A DNA stretch of 64,000 nt, from contig CAZTBM010000002.1 in NCBI GenBank assembly GCA_964611985.1, positions 12,802-76,801 of the forward strand. Direction: 5' to 3'. Every line of letters begins with the position of its first letter. Positions within the stretch are counted from its first letter, which is position 1. The position numbers and the translations under genes are program-made. Source of the DNA: an uncultured Desulfurococcales archaeon (GTDB lineage: Archaea > Thermoproteota > Thermoprotei_A > CAZTBM01 > SZUA-1508). Below are positions 50,199-61,576 of the stretch, piece after piece. A model generated the notes under the pieces. That model was given only the letters and a program-made list of their open reading frames with translations. It did not search any database and was not told the DNA's origin.

Positions 50199-51197
50199 GT
50201 GGGGTTAGCTATCATGGAGACGTCAATAAGACCTATAAGAACTGAGGCTAGAATTGCCTTATGGAAGCTTAGGCTTGGAATGATAGGTACTCTCGCAGCT
50301 GTAATATCAATAACAACACTCATACTTGCAGGCGTATTTACTGCCCTAGGATTGCCTTTCTATGGCATTTACGGTCTTTTAATCTTTGTCCTATTTATAC
50401 ACTTGCTACAGTGGCTTATAGGACCCTACATCATTGATATGGTATATCACGTAAGGCCATTAAGGCCAGGTGAGAATCCATGGTTGGAAGAGACTATTAA
50501 AAAACTCAGTACTGCTAGCGGTCTTAGCAAGCCACCAAAGATGATGATAGCCGAAATAAAAATTCCTAATGCATTCGCCTATGGTAGTCCATTAACAGGT
50601 AATAGAGTGGCTGTAACAAGAGGTTTACTAGAATCACTACCTGAAGATGAGATCGAGGCAGTACTAGGACATGAGCTTGGCCATTTGAAACATAGGGACA
50701 TACTAGTAATGATGATGATCTCGATCATACCAGCACTAGTATACTATGTAGGCTACTCACTATACCTGTCTGGATGGTTTGGTGGTAGAGGTAGAGAGGA
50801 GAGAGGCGGAGTAATATACTTATTCCTATTGGGTATAGCTTTAATGATTCTTAGTTACATATTAAACTTATTCGTATTCTATATGAGCAGACTTAGAGAG
50901 TACTATGCAGACTCACATGCAGCACTCACAGTACCTAATGGTGCCCGTAAGCTACAAAGAGCACTCGCTAGAATAATGTATTATAGTGGTTTCATCAGAA
51001 GGAAAGAAAATTACAGCCACTTTAAAGCATTCTTCATATCGGATCCCGATATAAGTGTTAGAGCTAGACATGTAAGGAACATAGATGAACTTGTTGAAGC
51101 AATAAAGCGTGAGAAGCCAAGTATACTAGCTGAGCTCTTCAGCACACATCCACATCCTGCTAAGAGATTAAGATACCTAGACAGATTTGTAACCTAA
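50199..51197 (+). CDS. htpX: HtpX-family M48 zinc metalloprotease
   Basis: PNAFA, GHELGH, SRLREYYAD, STHP. Confidence 0.92.
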   Translation: MGLAIMETSIRPIRTEARIALWKLRLGMIGTLAAVISITTLILAGVFTALGLPFYGIYGLLIFVLFIHLLQWLIGPYIIDMVYHVRPLRPGENPWLEETIKKLSTASGLSKPPKMMIAEIKIPNAFAYGSPLTGNRVAVTRGLLESLPEDEIEAVLGHELGHLKHRDILVMMMISIIPALVYYVGYSLYLSGWFGGRGREERGGVIYLFLLGIALMILSYILNLFVFYMSRLREYYADSHAALTVPNGARKLQRALARIMYYSGFIRRKENYSHFKAFFISDPDISVRARHVRNIDELVEAIKREKPSILAELFSTHPHPAKRLRYLDRFVT

Positions 51198-51238
51198 ACC
51201 ATACCTTCATAATTAATAATCCGTGAGCTGGCATTATA

Positions 51239-52375
51239 ATGACTAATAGTATTCAGGATATAGTCAAGGTGCTCAGTGATTATAGGAAAGCCGAGAAAAT
51301 AATGAGAATATCTGCCAAGATTAAAGAGATCTCTCGGAAGCTAAGAAAAGACTATGAAATAATCAAGATAATGCATGTTTGTGGTACACATGAACATACA
51401 ATAACATATTTTGGTCTTAGAAGCCTTCTTCCAGAGAATATTGATCTTATAGCTGGTCCTGGATGTCCAGTATGTATTGTACCTGCAAGAGATATTGACG
51501 AAATAATAAAGATAGGTTTAGAGTATGATGTTAGAATATACACTTATGGTGATATGTATCGCGTTCCTGGCTCACATGTTAGTTTAGCTAAAGCACGAGC
51601 TGAAGGCCTAGACGTTAAAGTAGTCTATAGTTTTATAGATGCAATAAGGGATGCAGAAAAAATTAATAAAGACACAATATTCTTTGGAGTAGGATTTGAG
51701 ACAACTCAGCCAACTATAGCTTCGAGAATAGTACACGGTATACCCAAGAATCTTAAAATATACTCTTCTTACAGGTTAACAGTCCCTATCATGAGGTACG
51801 TTCTTGATAGACCAGATATTCCATTAAATGGAATAATAGCCCCCGGCCATGTTTCGGTAATAGTTGGTGCTGGAGCATGGGGCTATATTTCCCAAGAATA
51901 TGGCTTACCTGTTGTTATAGCGGGATTCGAGCCTTTGGATATTATGTTGGCGGTTCTTGTAATATTAACACAGCTATCTAAAGGACATGCTGAGACAATA
52001 AACATATATACTAGAACTGTCACATGGCATGGAAATAAAATTGCACAAGAGTACATTAAGAAAGTATTCAACGTTACCGACGGAGCTTGGAGAGGACTAG
52101 GTGTAATTCCTGAAACAGCTCTTGAATTTAAGGAGGAATACTTGCCTATCAATGCTAAAGAACACTTTAAAGTATCTATCACATCATCAAGAGATATCGT
52201 TCCTGGATGTAAATGTCCGGAGATAATACTAGGCAAGGCTAAACCTACAGACTGCCCCTATTTCCTTAAAGCGTGTACTCCTCAGAATCCCTTAGGGGCA
52301 TGTATGGTATCTCAAGAGGGCACATGTGCTATTTGGGCTAAATACGGTTTTAGACCAAACTTAAAGATAAAATGA
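51239..52375 (+). CDS. hypD: Hydrogenase maturation protein HypD
   Basis: CGTHE, GPGCPVC, GFETT, PGHVS, C-terminal Fe-S cysteines. Confidence 0.95.
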   Translation: MTNSIQDIVKVLSDYRKAEKIMRISAKIKEISRKLRKDYEIIKIMHVCGTHEHTITYFGLRSLLPENIDLIAGPGCPVCIVPARDIDEIIKIGLEYDVRIYTYGDMYRVPGSHVSLAKARAEGLDVKVVYSFIDAIRDAEKINKDTIFFGVGFETTQPTIASRIVHGIPKNLKIYSSYRLTVPIMRYVLDRPDIPLNGIIAPGHVSVIVGAGAWGYISQEYGLPVVIAGFEPLDIMLAVLVILTQLSKGHAETINIYTRTVTWHGNKIAQEYIKKVFNVTDGAWRGLGVIPETALEFKEEYLPINAKEHFKVSITSSRDIVPGCKCPEIILGKAKPTDCPYFLKACTPQNPLGACMVSQEGTCAIWAKYGFRPNLKIK

Positions 52376-52377
52376 AG

Positions 52378-52890
52378 TTAAGTCATAAACATCTTGTAGT
52401 ATAGTATAGTGGCTATTGATTTGGCATCAGGTATTTCTCCCTTTCTAATCATTTCTATAACCCGTTTAAGCTCCACAGGCTCCACTCTAATGACTTCATA
52501 GGATTCTGGTGTTGAACCAACATACTCTAAGCCTTTAGCTAAGAAGGCATGCATCTTCTCTGTACTATACCCTGGGGCTAGGTACATTTCAAAAAGCTTG
52601 GTTAACTCCTTTGCTTTATACCCTGCTTCTTCGATAAGCTCCCTTCTAGCGCATTCCTCAGGTGTCTCTCCTTTCTCTATTACACCCGCTGGTAATTCAT
52701 AGATCCACTTTTCAATAGGTACTCTATACTGTTTGATCAATATTATTCTACCATCATTCAGTATTGGCAATATTACGACACTTTCTCTGAATTCAACTAC
52801 TTCTCTCTCAACAATATTGCCATTTGGTAATTGTAGTTCAACTACTTTCACATTTACTCTACGACCACGATACACATATTCGATGCTCAA
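52378..52890 (-). CDS. NUDIX hydrolase (ADP-ribose pyrophosphatase-like)
   Basis: ELPAGVIEKGETPEECARRELIEEAG Nudix box, APG. Confidence 0.9.
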   Translation of the reverse strand: MSIEYVYRGRRVNVKVVELQLPNGNIVEREVVEFRESVVILPILNDGRIILIKQYRVPIEKWIYELPAGVIEKGETPEECARRELIEEAGYKAKELTKLFEMYLAPGYSTEKMHAFLAKGLEYVGSTPESYEVIRVEPVELKRVIEMIRKGEIPDAKSIATILYYKMFMT

Positions 52891-52982
52891 AATACTCCAC
52901 CCAGAAGAGTTTTATAATCTGTTCAATAGAGTAAGGGGCGGTAGTAAATTAAGATATCCAATAATGGGGATGGTATGAGACA

Positions 52983-53360
52983 GTGTATAAGCTACTTATT
53001 CATATACATGTGTTTGAACCTGGAAAACAAAGTCTATTAGCTCAAGCGGAAAGAACCATATACGAGAGCCATGGCAAACCTGTTATAAAGGATTGTACAC
53101 CATACTCATGTATCTTCATATATGACGATGTTGAAGATAATCTTTTAAATGATGTTAAGAAAAAGTTAACTCATATAGGACGCTATGTTGATGTAGCATT
53201 AGTAGTTGTAAGAGTTGACACGAATGAAGCTATAGATGCATATCTAATCTTTGACGATGTACATAAGCTTAGTAGTACAGCCTTTAGACAGGTACTACAA
53301 TTATACCCCCTACTAGAGAAGTATCTCAGAAACTTGAAAGTCACCGTAAACATAGGGTAA
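52983..53360 (+). CDS. Hypothetical protein
   Basis: 125 aa ORF, no recognised motif. Confidence 0.5.
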   Translation: MYKLLIHIHVFEPGKQSLLAQAERTIYESHGKPVIKDCTPYSCIFIYDDVEDNLLNDVKKKLTHIGRYVDVALVVVRVDTNEAIDAYLIFDDVHKLSSTAFRQVLQLYPLLEKYLRNLKVTVNIG

Positions 53361-53538
53361 TGAAGTCTGTTGAGTTGTGGTGAAAGCTTTTCATTTTTCA
53401 CCACCTCTCTTTACTACATTATCTTAAATCTAACATTGTTATCACTTTTATCAACTTTAAATAAATGTTCTGTTTCGATAATGAAAATTTTAATAGATTG
53501 TTCGAATACAAAGAGGGAGCTGTGTATGGTGGTTTAGG

Positions 53539-54951
53539 ATGATAATCCGAGAAATACTAAAAGTTATCAAGGAAAAGAATGCAAGATGGATCGACCTACA
53601 ATTCACAGACCTACCAGGAAGATTACAACATATAACAGTACCTGCTAGAGAACTTGATGAAGAAAAGTTTAAGAAGGGATTCGGTAAGCTTGATGGAAGT
53701 AGTATTAAAGGATTTAAGAGCATTGAAGAGAGCGACCTAGTACTAGTTCCTGTACCTGAGACCTTCGCCATAATACCATGGACTAATCCCAAAGCTCCAA
53801 CAGCAAGATTCATAACCAAAATCTATGATACATATGGGAAGGGTAGATTCATAAGAGATCCTAGATATACTGCTGAGAGAGCTCATGAATACACTCTAAA
53901 CCAAGGTTATATAGCGTACTTTGGTCCTGAAGTTGAATTCTTCATATTTGATAAGGTTGAAGTAGACATAATGTCCTCTCAGTATAAACAAAGCTACCGC
54001 ATATACTCTAGAGAGGCCCCATGGAATATTGAAGGACCATGTATAAGATTCAAGGAAGGATATTATCCAGTACCACCGATGGATAAACTATGGCTTATAA
54101 GACAAGAGATTGCTGAAGTCTTAGAAGACTACTTCGGCTTTACAGTTGAAGCACACCATCATGAAGTAGCTACTGCCGGTCAAGGAGAAATAGATTTCAG
54201 ATTCAGTGATGTCGTAAAAACAGCAGATAACGTTATGACATTTAAGTACGTTCTACGTAATATTGCAGCAAAACATGGAATGACGGCAACATTCATGCCT
54301 AAACCTCTCTACGGAGATAACGGTAACGGTATGCATACTCACGTAAGCCTTTATGACAAAGATAAAGGAATAAACCTATTCTATGACCCAAACGATGAAT
54401 ACGCTGAGTTAAGCCAGCTTGGTAGATACTTTATAGGAGGACTACTTGAGCATGCAAAGGCGCTAGCGGCAATAGTTGCACCAACAGTTAACAGCTATAA
54501 GAGGCTAATTCCAGGATACGAGGCACCAGTATACATTATATGGAGTCGTGCAAACAGGAGTGCCTGTATACGGGTGCCAGTATATCATAAGAGCGACCAT
54601 GGAAAGAGAGTAGAATTTAGACCTCCCGATCCAGCATGCAACCCCTACTTAGCCTTTGCTGCAATACTTGCAGCAGGACTAGATGGTGTAAAGAAGAAGA
54701 TTGACCCAGGAGACCCCATCGACGAAAACGTCTACACAATGCCAATTGAGAAGAGAAAAGCACTAGGTATTAGGGAGCTACCTGGAAGTCTTATCGAGGC
54801 AATATATGAGCTAGAATCCGATATGGAGTTTTTAAAGCCGATATTCCCAAAGGAACTACTAGAAGTGTATATTAATCTTAAGAAGAATGAATGGAAACTA
54901 GTGAATTCATATACATCGCCAATAGAGATATACCTGTATTTGGATATATGA
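53539..54951 (+). CDS. glnA: Glutamine synthetase type I
   Basis: DLQFTD, DGSSI, HHHEVA, FMPKP, GNGMH, NSYKRL.PGYEAP, EFRPPD. Confidence 0.96.
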   Translation: MIIREILKVIKEKNARWIDLQFTDLPGRLQHITVPARELDEEKFKKGFGKLDGSSIKGFKSIEESDLVLVPVPETFAIIPWTNPKAPTARFITKIYDTYGKGRFIRDPRYTAERAHEYTLNQGYIAYFGPEVEFFIFDKVEVDIMSSQYKQSYRIYSREAPWNIEGPCIRFKEGYYPVPPMDKLWLIRQEIAEVLEDYFGFTVEAHHHEVATAGQGEIDFRFSDVVKTADNVMTFKYVLRNIAAKHGMTATFMPKPLYGDNGNGMHTHVSLYDKDKGINLFYDPNDEYAELSQLGRYFIGGLLEHAKALAAIVAPTVNSYKRLIPGYEAPVYIIWSRANRSACIRVPVYHKSDHGKRVEFRPPDPACNPYLAFAAILAAGLDGVKKKIDPGDPIDENVYTMPIEKRKALGIRELPGSLIEAIYELESDMEFLKPIFPKELLEVYINLKKNEWKLVNSYTSPIEIYLYLDI

Positions 54952-54954
54952 AAC

Positions 54955-55179
54955 GAGAGAAAGCTAATAGTTAGCTATATAATCATTATACTGCTATTGA
55001 AGATAGCTGCTAGGTGGTAAAAAGGACATTCTTGGAATTATCATGTCGTATATGGAAGAATATACATGTGTATACATCATTAAATTAGCCTGCTAGCTGC
55101 CATTATAGTATTATCATTAATCCATGTAGCCTTAAACTGGAAAAAGGTTATAAAGACTTCAAGGAGCTCTTTTTACTAA
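54955..55179 (+). pseudogene. Fragmented DUF4405-like (small cytochrome-b-like membrane protein) remnant
   Basis: Broken pieces RKLIVSYIIIILLL..*, RTFLELSCRIWKNIHVY..* and frameshifted LLAAIIVLSLIHVALNWKKV*; W..IH and H..LNW pattern. Confidence 0.55.
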
Positions 55180-55278
55180 TTCTGATATTACTAAGTACTT
55201 AGTGTTTAGAGTCTGTTCACTTTTTAAAATAAAGAGTTATCTATGCGTAAAGACTACTTTTATACACGGTGATAATTT

Positions 55279-55689
55279 ATGAATGAGAAATGTGAGAGAA
55301 GAGAAGGAAAGGAGAAGTATGTATCAGAGGATGCAAGAGAATTAAGGGAAGTATTAACTGCAATAATAGAATTCCTTAGAGATATAACTGGACCATTAAA
55401 AGAACTTATGTCTCTTGTTCAATCAAGCATCGCAGGAGATAAACTAGGTAAAGATATCGCTGAGTTCTACAAGAATTTGAAAGACTCAGGCTTACCTGAT
55501 GATGTAGTTAATGAGCTTATTAAGAAATACTATGATGATAGAATGAGCTTATTAAGATTAATGAGTAGCCTATTTGAAGGATTAAGGAGAGGCCGAGCCA
55601 TAATAGCGGCTTCAAGAGGGGAGGAAACAAAATCTTCGATAAAGGAGGCATTAAAGGAGGCTTTAAGGAAAAAAGAGGAAGAAGAGTAA
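55279..55689 (+). CDS. Hypothetical helical protein, first gene of a putative operon
   Basis: GGTGA SD; LGKDIAEFYKNLKDSGLPDD segment. Confidence 0.65.
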   Translation: MNEKCERREGKEKYVSEDARELREVLTAIIEFLRDITGPLKELMSLVQSSIAGDKLGKDIAEFYKNLKDSGLPDDVVNELIKKYYDDRMSLLRLMSSLFEGLRRGRAIIAASRGEETKSSIKEALKEALRKKEEEE

Positions 55690-55737
55690 TGTTGAATGTC
55701 TAGTCTTCTTTTCTTCCATACTAGTAAGGTGTAGTAA

Positions 55738-56178
55738 TTGAGTAAAGGAAGCGATCTTGAGGAAAGATTAGAGAGACTAGAATACTTACTTAAAGATATA
55801 CTCTCTAGACTTGAAAGATTAGAATTAGTTCTTGCGAAAATGAATCCTAGTATTAGTGAAGTATTAAAGTTTACAGGTGAAATTATAGCATTATTCTCTT
55901 CACCACCCATTATAGCTCTTGAAGCAGCTGGAAAAATACTCAATATTATGAAGAGATATGGTAAACTGGATGATATCTCTAAAGCTATTATTGAAGTTTT
56001 AAGTGTTAAAGGCGAAGCTAATATTAGTGAACTAACTAGAGAAGTTAAGGCTATACGAGGTAAAGCTTCAAGAAGGATTATAGCAGAGAGGGTAAGAATG
56101 CTTTCAAACACGGGTATAGTATCATTGGAGAAAAGAGGTAATAGAATTATCGTTAAATTAAATGTAGACATAGAATAA
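55738..56178 (+). CDS. Coiled-coil plus winged-HTH transcriptional regulator
   Basis: N-terminal heptads LEERLERLE; C-terminal NISELTREV..ASRRIIAERVRML...GIV. Confidence 0.7.
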   Translation: MSKGSDLEERLERLEYLLKDILSRLERLELVLAKMNPSISEVLKFTGEIIALFSSPPIIALEAAGKILNIMKRYGKLDDISKAIIEVLSVKGEANISELTREVKAIRGKASRRIIAERVRMLSNTGIVSLEKRGNRIIVKLNVDIE

Positions 56179-56194
56179 CATTGCATCATGGTGA

Positions 56195-56485
56195 ATGAAC
56201 ATCCAGCTATATAAGATAATAAAATCCCTTTATGTAGTACTCTCGATCATAATCCATATTTCTATTCTACTATTATATCTTGCAATAATCCTACTTTATC
56301 TAAAGATGAAAATGATTTTTTATAAAAGATTCTGGCTTTGGAAAATGAGAAGAGAACTAATTAAAGCAAAAATGCCAAGGTCATTGGTTAATAGCATTTA
56401 TCATCACTATTGTGAAGACTTAAACTCTCTATTTAAACATTTTAGCTTAAGGAATATGATACATATAATCAGGGAGAGCACTTAA
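56195..56485 (+). CDS. Small membrane-anchored hypothetical protein
   Basis: N-terminal hydrophobic stretch, basic C-terminal part. Confidence 0.55.
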   Translation: MNIQLYKIIKSLYVVLSIIIHISILLLYLAIILLYLKMKMIFYKRFWLWKMRRELIKAKMPRSLVNSIYHHYCEDLNSLFKHFSLRNMIHIIREST

Positions 56486-56531
56486 AGTTTATATATAGTT
56501 AGATTTCTCTTTAATGTAGAGGCGAAGTTAG

Positions 56532-57143
56532 ATGGAACTTCCAAGTATAATTAGGGATTTAGGGGAATCACTTATAGCTCCGAGACAGGTTATACAAATA
56601 TTAATTGCTGAAAGAAGAGGATTAACTTTTGGCTTCTTTATAGTACTTTTATGCTCTATTCTTGTAGGGGCAACAGCCACAATGGTCTTTATTAGTAAAC
56701 TAATATCCTTCGTACCTTTAGGTATCCTCAGTTGGATATTTGGGAATGTGGCAATATTATTTGGTATAGCTTCTTTCGTAATCTTAAGTATTGGTTATTG
56801 GCTTATTGGCGGTCTTATTATACATATTTTCTGTAGATTATTAAAGGGTAATGGGCTTTTCGAACACACTCTTGTGGCATTTTCGTATCTTTGGCTACCA
56901 TCCTTCCTTATAGGTTTAATAGCACCAGTATTAATGTTTCTTGATTATCTCACTTCTCTAGGCTTATTCTTGCTGATGTTATGCATATCTTTCATATGGG
57001 GAGTAATATTATCTGTTCAAGCTTTAGCAGAAGCACATAACTTTAGTGTGAGTAAAGCTCTGTTATCGATGATAGCTCCAATACTTATACTTATATTCAT
57101 ATTTGCCACTTTATTCTCCTTAAAAATCTTCGTATGGTGGTAG
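56532..57143 (+). CDS. Yip1-family membrane protein
   Basis: 5 TM, H...RLLKGNG.FE, YLWLP, A.AH..S..KA. Confidence 0.78.
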   Translation: MELPSIIRDLGESLIAPRQVIQILIAERRGLTFGFFIVLLCSILVGATATMVFISKLISFVPLGILSWIFGNVAILFGIASFVILSIGYWLIGGLIIHIFCRLLKGNGLFEHTLVAFSYLWLPSFLIGLIAPVLMFLDYLTSLGLFLLMLCISFIWGVILSVQALAEAHNFSVSKALLSMIAPILILIFIFATLFSLKIFVWW

Positions 57144-57147
57144 ATTC

Positions 57148-58026
57148 ATGAGTAAAAGCGGTAAAATAACTCTAAGCGACTTTTTAGGGGTACTCGTGGT
57201 GTTAGGCATAGCTATTGGCATATTAGTACCGATACTTGCTTCAAGTATTATGAGGACCTATAAGCAAGAAGCTCTTACAGACTTTGATAGGCTCATGCAG
57301 GGAATAGCACATATACCATTTATGAAGATAACTAAGAAACTTGTTAAAGAATACACACTTAATGTAAATAAAGAGTTCCATGCAGTGATCGAAGTTACTG
57401 GTGGCGCAATAAAAATAACTGAGGGACATGGTAACATAGTGAAAATACGAGTATATGCATATGAAGGTATGCCATGGTTTAAAGGAGTAGATAGTGAAAG
57501 AAAATATAATGTGTATTATTGTGAACGTACTAATACGCTATCTATTAATGTTAATAGATACTCCGTTGTTATAGAGATACCAAGTAATTATATTTCATCG
57601 ATATCTCTAAGTATAAGTGGTGGAGTAGCAAAGATAGATACTCCCTTAACTAATCTGAAATATCTTGTGGTTAATGTTTCAGGTGGAGCAGTAGATCTAA
57701 AGCCTGCAAGTTTAGGTAAGGTAAACGTTAGCATTAGCATTACTGGTGGAGCCCTTGATGGTAATTTAGAATTCTCTAGATATGTAGGTGAATCAGATGT
57801 TAAAATAGATATGTCTGGTGGAGCAATAGACCTGGATATACAATTACCAAGTAACGTTAAGGTAAAAGTTAATGGAGAATTTACTAGTGGTATAGTGTCA
57901 GTCAAGATTAATGGTGAACATGTAGGCCGGTCTTACATTGAAGACGGCTACGAGCAAGCTAGTAGTAAAATCTACATAAGCTATGATGTTCATGGAGGAA
58001 TAATAGATGTTGGGATTCGTAAATGA
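57148..58026 (+). CDS. Membrane-anchored DUF4097/Toastrack-like beta-repeat protein
   Basis: N-terminal TM and repeated (S/T)GG(A/V) beta-strand units. Confidence 0.68.
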   Translation: MSKSGKITLSDFLGVLVVLGIAIGILVPILASSIMRTYKQEALTDFDRLMQGIAHIPFMKITKKLVKEYTLNVNKEFHAVIEVTGGAIKITEGHGNIVKIRVYAYEGMPWFKGVDSERKYNVYYCERTNTLSINVNRYSVVIEIPSNYISSISLSISGGVAKIDTPLTNLKYLVVNVSGGAVDLKPASLGKVNVSISITGGALDGNLEFSRYVGESDVKIDMSGGAIDLDIQLPSNVKVKVNGEFTSGIVSVKINGEHVGRSYIEDGYEQASSKIYISYDVHGGIIDVGIRK

Positions 58027-58703
58027 GCGATGACAAATTAGTTATACCTGAGGATAGACCGTTAGCAGCCCGTAGGGTACTCGATATTCTTAATAGTGGA
58101 CCTAAGCTTTCAATATTAAAGGTGCTATTAGATCAAGGTGAAGCATCAGCTAAGGATATCGCTAGTAAGGTTAAGACAAAGCTATCAACAGTACTTTCAC
58201 ATCTATCAGACCTTGTTAAAGCAGGACTAGTGAAGGTAAATGTACAAGACTTGAGAGGTAAACAAGTAAAGAAGTACTCTTTAGTCTCTAGTAAGCTCAC
58301 TATAAATATTGATTTTCGTTTATTCCTACATCTCGAGGAGTATGCTGCTGAAGAGAAACTAAAAGAATTAGAGTATCTCGCTTTGAAGTATATTAGTGTT
58401 AAACGTGAGAAAGAAACTTTGCCATTAACTATTAGTGTTAGAGATGTAGCTAAAGTACTCAATGTAGACATCAATACAGCTATTGAGGTAACAGATTTTA
58501 TAAACACACATACAGATAGGATAATAGATTATCTGTGTAGTGATGCCCTGGACATTATAAAGAATAGGGGTAAGGTTAAAAATTTAAGAGAATTTGCTTC
58601 GTTACTGAATGTTCATCAGTATTGGGCTGCTCTTATACTTCAAAGTCTCTCAAGTAAAGGATTTATTAGGATAATGGATGATGGCTCTATAACTTTGCCT
58701 TAA
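58023..58703 (+). CDS. ArsR-family winged-HTH regulator with C-terminal extension
   Basis: ASAKDIA...[17 protein letters not shown]. Confidence 0.8.
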   Translation: MSDDKLVIPEDRPLAARRVLDILNSGPKLSILKVLLDQGEASAKDIASKVKTKLSTVLSHLSDLVKAGLVKVNVQDLRGKQVKKYSLVSSKLTINIDFRLFLHLEEYAAEEKLKELEYLALKYISVKREKETLPLTISVRDVAKVLNVDINTAIEVTDFINTHTDRIIDYLCSDALDIIKNRGKVKNLREFASLLNVHQYWAALILQSLSSKGFIRIMDDGSITLP

Positions 58704-60054
58704 CAGGCACTCTTGGCAGGTATGATAGGTCTATTTCCTTTGGTTCATAGTCTGCTAGCTTATTCTCTAAGTATTCTAAGTATCCTTGTAGATCTAGTAG
58801 TCCATGACCACTTAGGTTAAATAGTATGACCTTCTTTTCATTCTTTTTCTTAGCCTCTATTGCTACATCTATTGCTGCTTTTACTGCATGCGCTGATTCT
58901 GGTGCTGGAACAATACCCTCTGTTGAAGCGAATAAGTGTGCTGCCTTGAATGCTTCTGTTTGACTATATGCCATGGGCTCTATTATTCCTTTACGTACTA
59001 GTAGACATAATGTTGGAGCATCACCATGATATCTTAAGCCGCCAGCATGTATTGGTGGTACACGATATTTATGGCCAACAGTATACATCTTTAGCAGTGG
59101 TGTTAATTTAGCTGTATCACCATAGTCGTATGCATATACTCCCTTAGTTAATGTTGGACATGCTTTTGGCTCTGTAGCTATGAACTTTGTTTTACTTTTA
59201 CCCTTTAATCTATCTTTTACAAACGGGTATGAAAGTCCTGCAAAATTGCTTCCTCCACCAACACACCCTATAACATAATCTGGGTATTCACCTATGACTT
59301 CCATTTGCGTTTTAGCTTCAAGGCCTATAACTGTCTGATGTAGCAACACGTGGTTTAATACACTACCTAAACAGTACTTACTGTTGTCACTGTTTAATAC
59401 GTCCTCTATTGCTTCACTTATTGCTATACCTAGACTGCCAGGATTGTTTGGATCCTCACTTAATATTTTTCTTCCAAAGTTTGTTATGTTACTTGGACTT
59501 GGGTATACTTCTGCCCCATAGAGTTCCATTAACACTCTACGATACGGCTTCTGCATGTAACTACTCTTAACCATGAAAACTCTTACTTTAACATTGAATA
59601 ATGCTCCAGCTAGTGATAAAGCACTACCCCACTGTCCTGCTCCTGTTTCTGTAACTACCCTTTCAACACCTTCAATCATATTGTAGTATACCTGTGCTAC
59701 AGCAGTATTCACCTTATGACTTCCTGTGGGAGTTATACCTTCATATTTGTAGTAAATTCTCGCTGGCGTTTTTAATGCTCTCTCTAATCTGATTGCCCTG
59801 ACCAGTGGTGTTGGTCTTCCAAGCTCAACATAGACTTCTCTAACCTCTTCAGGGATTTTTATGTACTCTTCACTGCTAACTTCCTGTCTAATAAGCTCCT
59901 TTGCAAATAACCTTTCTAACATTTGTGGTTCTACAGGTCTCCCATTCAGTAGAATTGGTGGTGGTAGTTCATTGCCTATTTCATGAAGAATATTATACCA
60001 TTTATTTGGAGTTAAATCTGGATTTAAGAGAACTCTTATAGACTTTAAGTCCAT
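58687..60054 (-). CDS. trpB2: TrpB2 (stand-alone tryptophan synthase beta-like); probable start ATG 60054
   Basis: [51 protein letters not shown]. Confidence 0.93.
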   Translation of the reverse strand: MDLKSIRVLLNPDLTPNKWYNILHEIGNELPPPILLNGRPVEPQMLERLFAKELIRQEVSSEEYIKIPEEVREVYVELGRPTPLVRAIRLERALKTPARIYYKYEGITPTGSHKVNTAVAQVYYNMIEGVERVVTETGAGQWGSALSLAGALFNVKVRVFMVKSSYMQKPYRRVLMELYGAEVYPSPSNITNFGRKILSEDPNNPGSLGIAISEAIEDVLNSDNSKYCLGSVLNHVLLHQTVIGLEAKTQMEVIGEYPDYVIGCVGGGSNFAGLSYPFVKDRLKGKSKTKFIATEPKACPTLTKGVYAYDYGDTAKLTPLLKMYTVGHKYRVPPIHAGGLRYHGDAPTLCLLVRKGIIEPMAYSQTEAFKAAHLFASTEGIVPAPESAHAVKAAIDVAIEAKKKNEKKVILFNLSGHGLLDLQGYLEYLENKLADYEPKEIDLSYLPRVPVKAKL

Positions 60055-60282
60055 TGGTGCATGATGTTCACCGAGACCACAGTAGTCCCACTTGTAGTAT
60101 AAAAACGTATCTATAGGGGATTCAATTAAAACTCTTAGTATTCTGATGTTAATGATCCCATGAGTATGAAGATTTAGTAAAATATACAACAGTATATAGG
60201 AAGGAGCAAACGAAACTTATAGAAATCTATTTATCCTAGATGATTATCCTCTTTACCAGTTATAGTTTTAGGTGTAAAAAGG

Positions 60283-61359
60283 ATGCGGAGAGTTATAGTG
60301 CAAGGTGTAAATGGTATTAAATTTGTTAAGATAGTAGAAGAGAGTAAGCTTAGAAATCCCATTAAAGGTTTTGCTGAAGAGTCTCAACATATAGAGTATA
60401 GACGTGATCCACTTCTTGGTAGATGGTGTAGAATAAACATTTTAAGATCAAAGAGGCCTAAACAAGCAGAAAAGGCTATACCAGCCCTTAATGAGATCAT
60501 TGAGTCTAGTGCATGTAAATGTCCTTTCTGTAAAGAGAGAATTAATGAGAAAACGCCAATGTTCCCTAGTAGAATAATACCTGAGGGAAGAGTCTGGTTT
60601 GATAGTGCAAGTATGTTTCCCAATCTCCACCCATTTGCCAAGTATCATTCTATTGTAGTATTAGATGTGAACAAGCACTATACGGAACTAGGCGATCTTA
60701 GCCCTAAAATACTTTATGATGCCTTTGAAGCAATGATAGAGGCATCTACTAAGATTTACAAGAAGGACAAAAGAGCAAAATACGTCACAGTATCCATGAA
60801 TTTCCTATTCCCAGCTGGTGCATCAATAATACATCCACACTTACAAGTCATACAAGACACTAAGCCAACCTGGCTTTTGAGAATGGAAATATTAAAGTCG
60901 AGGAGATACTATAGAAAATTCAACTCTAACTACTGGCTTGACTTAGTAGAGTCAGAGAAAAAACTTTCAGAGAGACATGTATTCGATAGTAATGTTGCCT
61001 CATGGATATCTTCATTCGCCCCACTAGCAAATTATGAAATTACAGGTGTAGTAAAGAGAAAAACAAGTATTATAGAATTTACATCCAAAGAGTTAAGAGA
61101 GCTGGCCTGCGATATATCGAAAGTGCTTAACTCCCTAGCAAAGATAGGCGTAATGAGCGCTAATATGACATTCTACGACTTAGGATTCAATAGTGGATCA
61201 AGTGAGTTCTTTAATTTACATATAAGAATCATTGGTAGAAAGAACCCGTATCCAAACTATACCAATGATAGGGGCTTCATGGAAGCACTACATCTAGAGC
61301 CTGTAATAGAGATGTTACCAGAAGACTTAACCTTAAATATAAAAAGAGTTATAACGTAA
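60283..61359 (+). CDS. GalT-like HIT-family nucleotidyltransferase
   Basis: RRDPLLG, CPFC, PNLHP, GASIIHPHLQ. Confidence 0.82.
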   Translation: MRRVIVQGVNGIKFVKIVEESKLRNPIKGFAEESQHIEYRRDPLLGRWCRINILRSKRPKQAEKAIPALNEIIESSACKCPFCKERINEKTPMFPSRIIPEGRVWFDSASMFPNLHPFAKYHSIVVLDVNKHYTELGDLSPKILYDAFEAMIEASTKIYKKDKRAKYVTVSMNFLFPAGASIIHPHLQVIQDTKPTWLLRMEILKSRRYYRKFNSNYWLDLVESEKKLSERHVFDSNVASWISSFAPLANYEITGVVKRKTSIIEFTSKELRELACDISKVLNSLAKIGVMSANMTFYDLGFNSGSSEFFNLHIRIIGRKNPYPNYTNDRGFMEALHLEPVIEMLPEDLTLNIKRVIT

Positions 61360-61576
61360 TTGAATCCCTCCTGTCTAAACTATATTATTTCACTAAACGA
61401 GTGCTTTATGAACAAAATACTCAAAATAAACACATTAATTAATCTTAGATTAGTAACATTTATGTACATACTTAGAGGATTCGTTTATAAGGTAAACTTT
61501 AGTATCCATTATAGTTAGTTTTATCTATACATTTCCATCCTAGTATATACTAGTCAGTTTGTCTTGAGGCCAGAAT

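Noticed and set aside
55530..56189. 219 aa minus-strand ORF, and similar antisense ORFs such as 4228-4734, 26900-27352 and 34809-35402
   Set aside because: Antisense shadows of well-supported genes, Ser/Leu/Ile-rich with no motifs.
60055..60189. 45 aa N-terminal extension of TrpB2
   Set aside because: Runs through the divergent promoter region and does not resemble TrpB2; ATG 60054 preferred.
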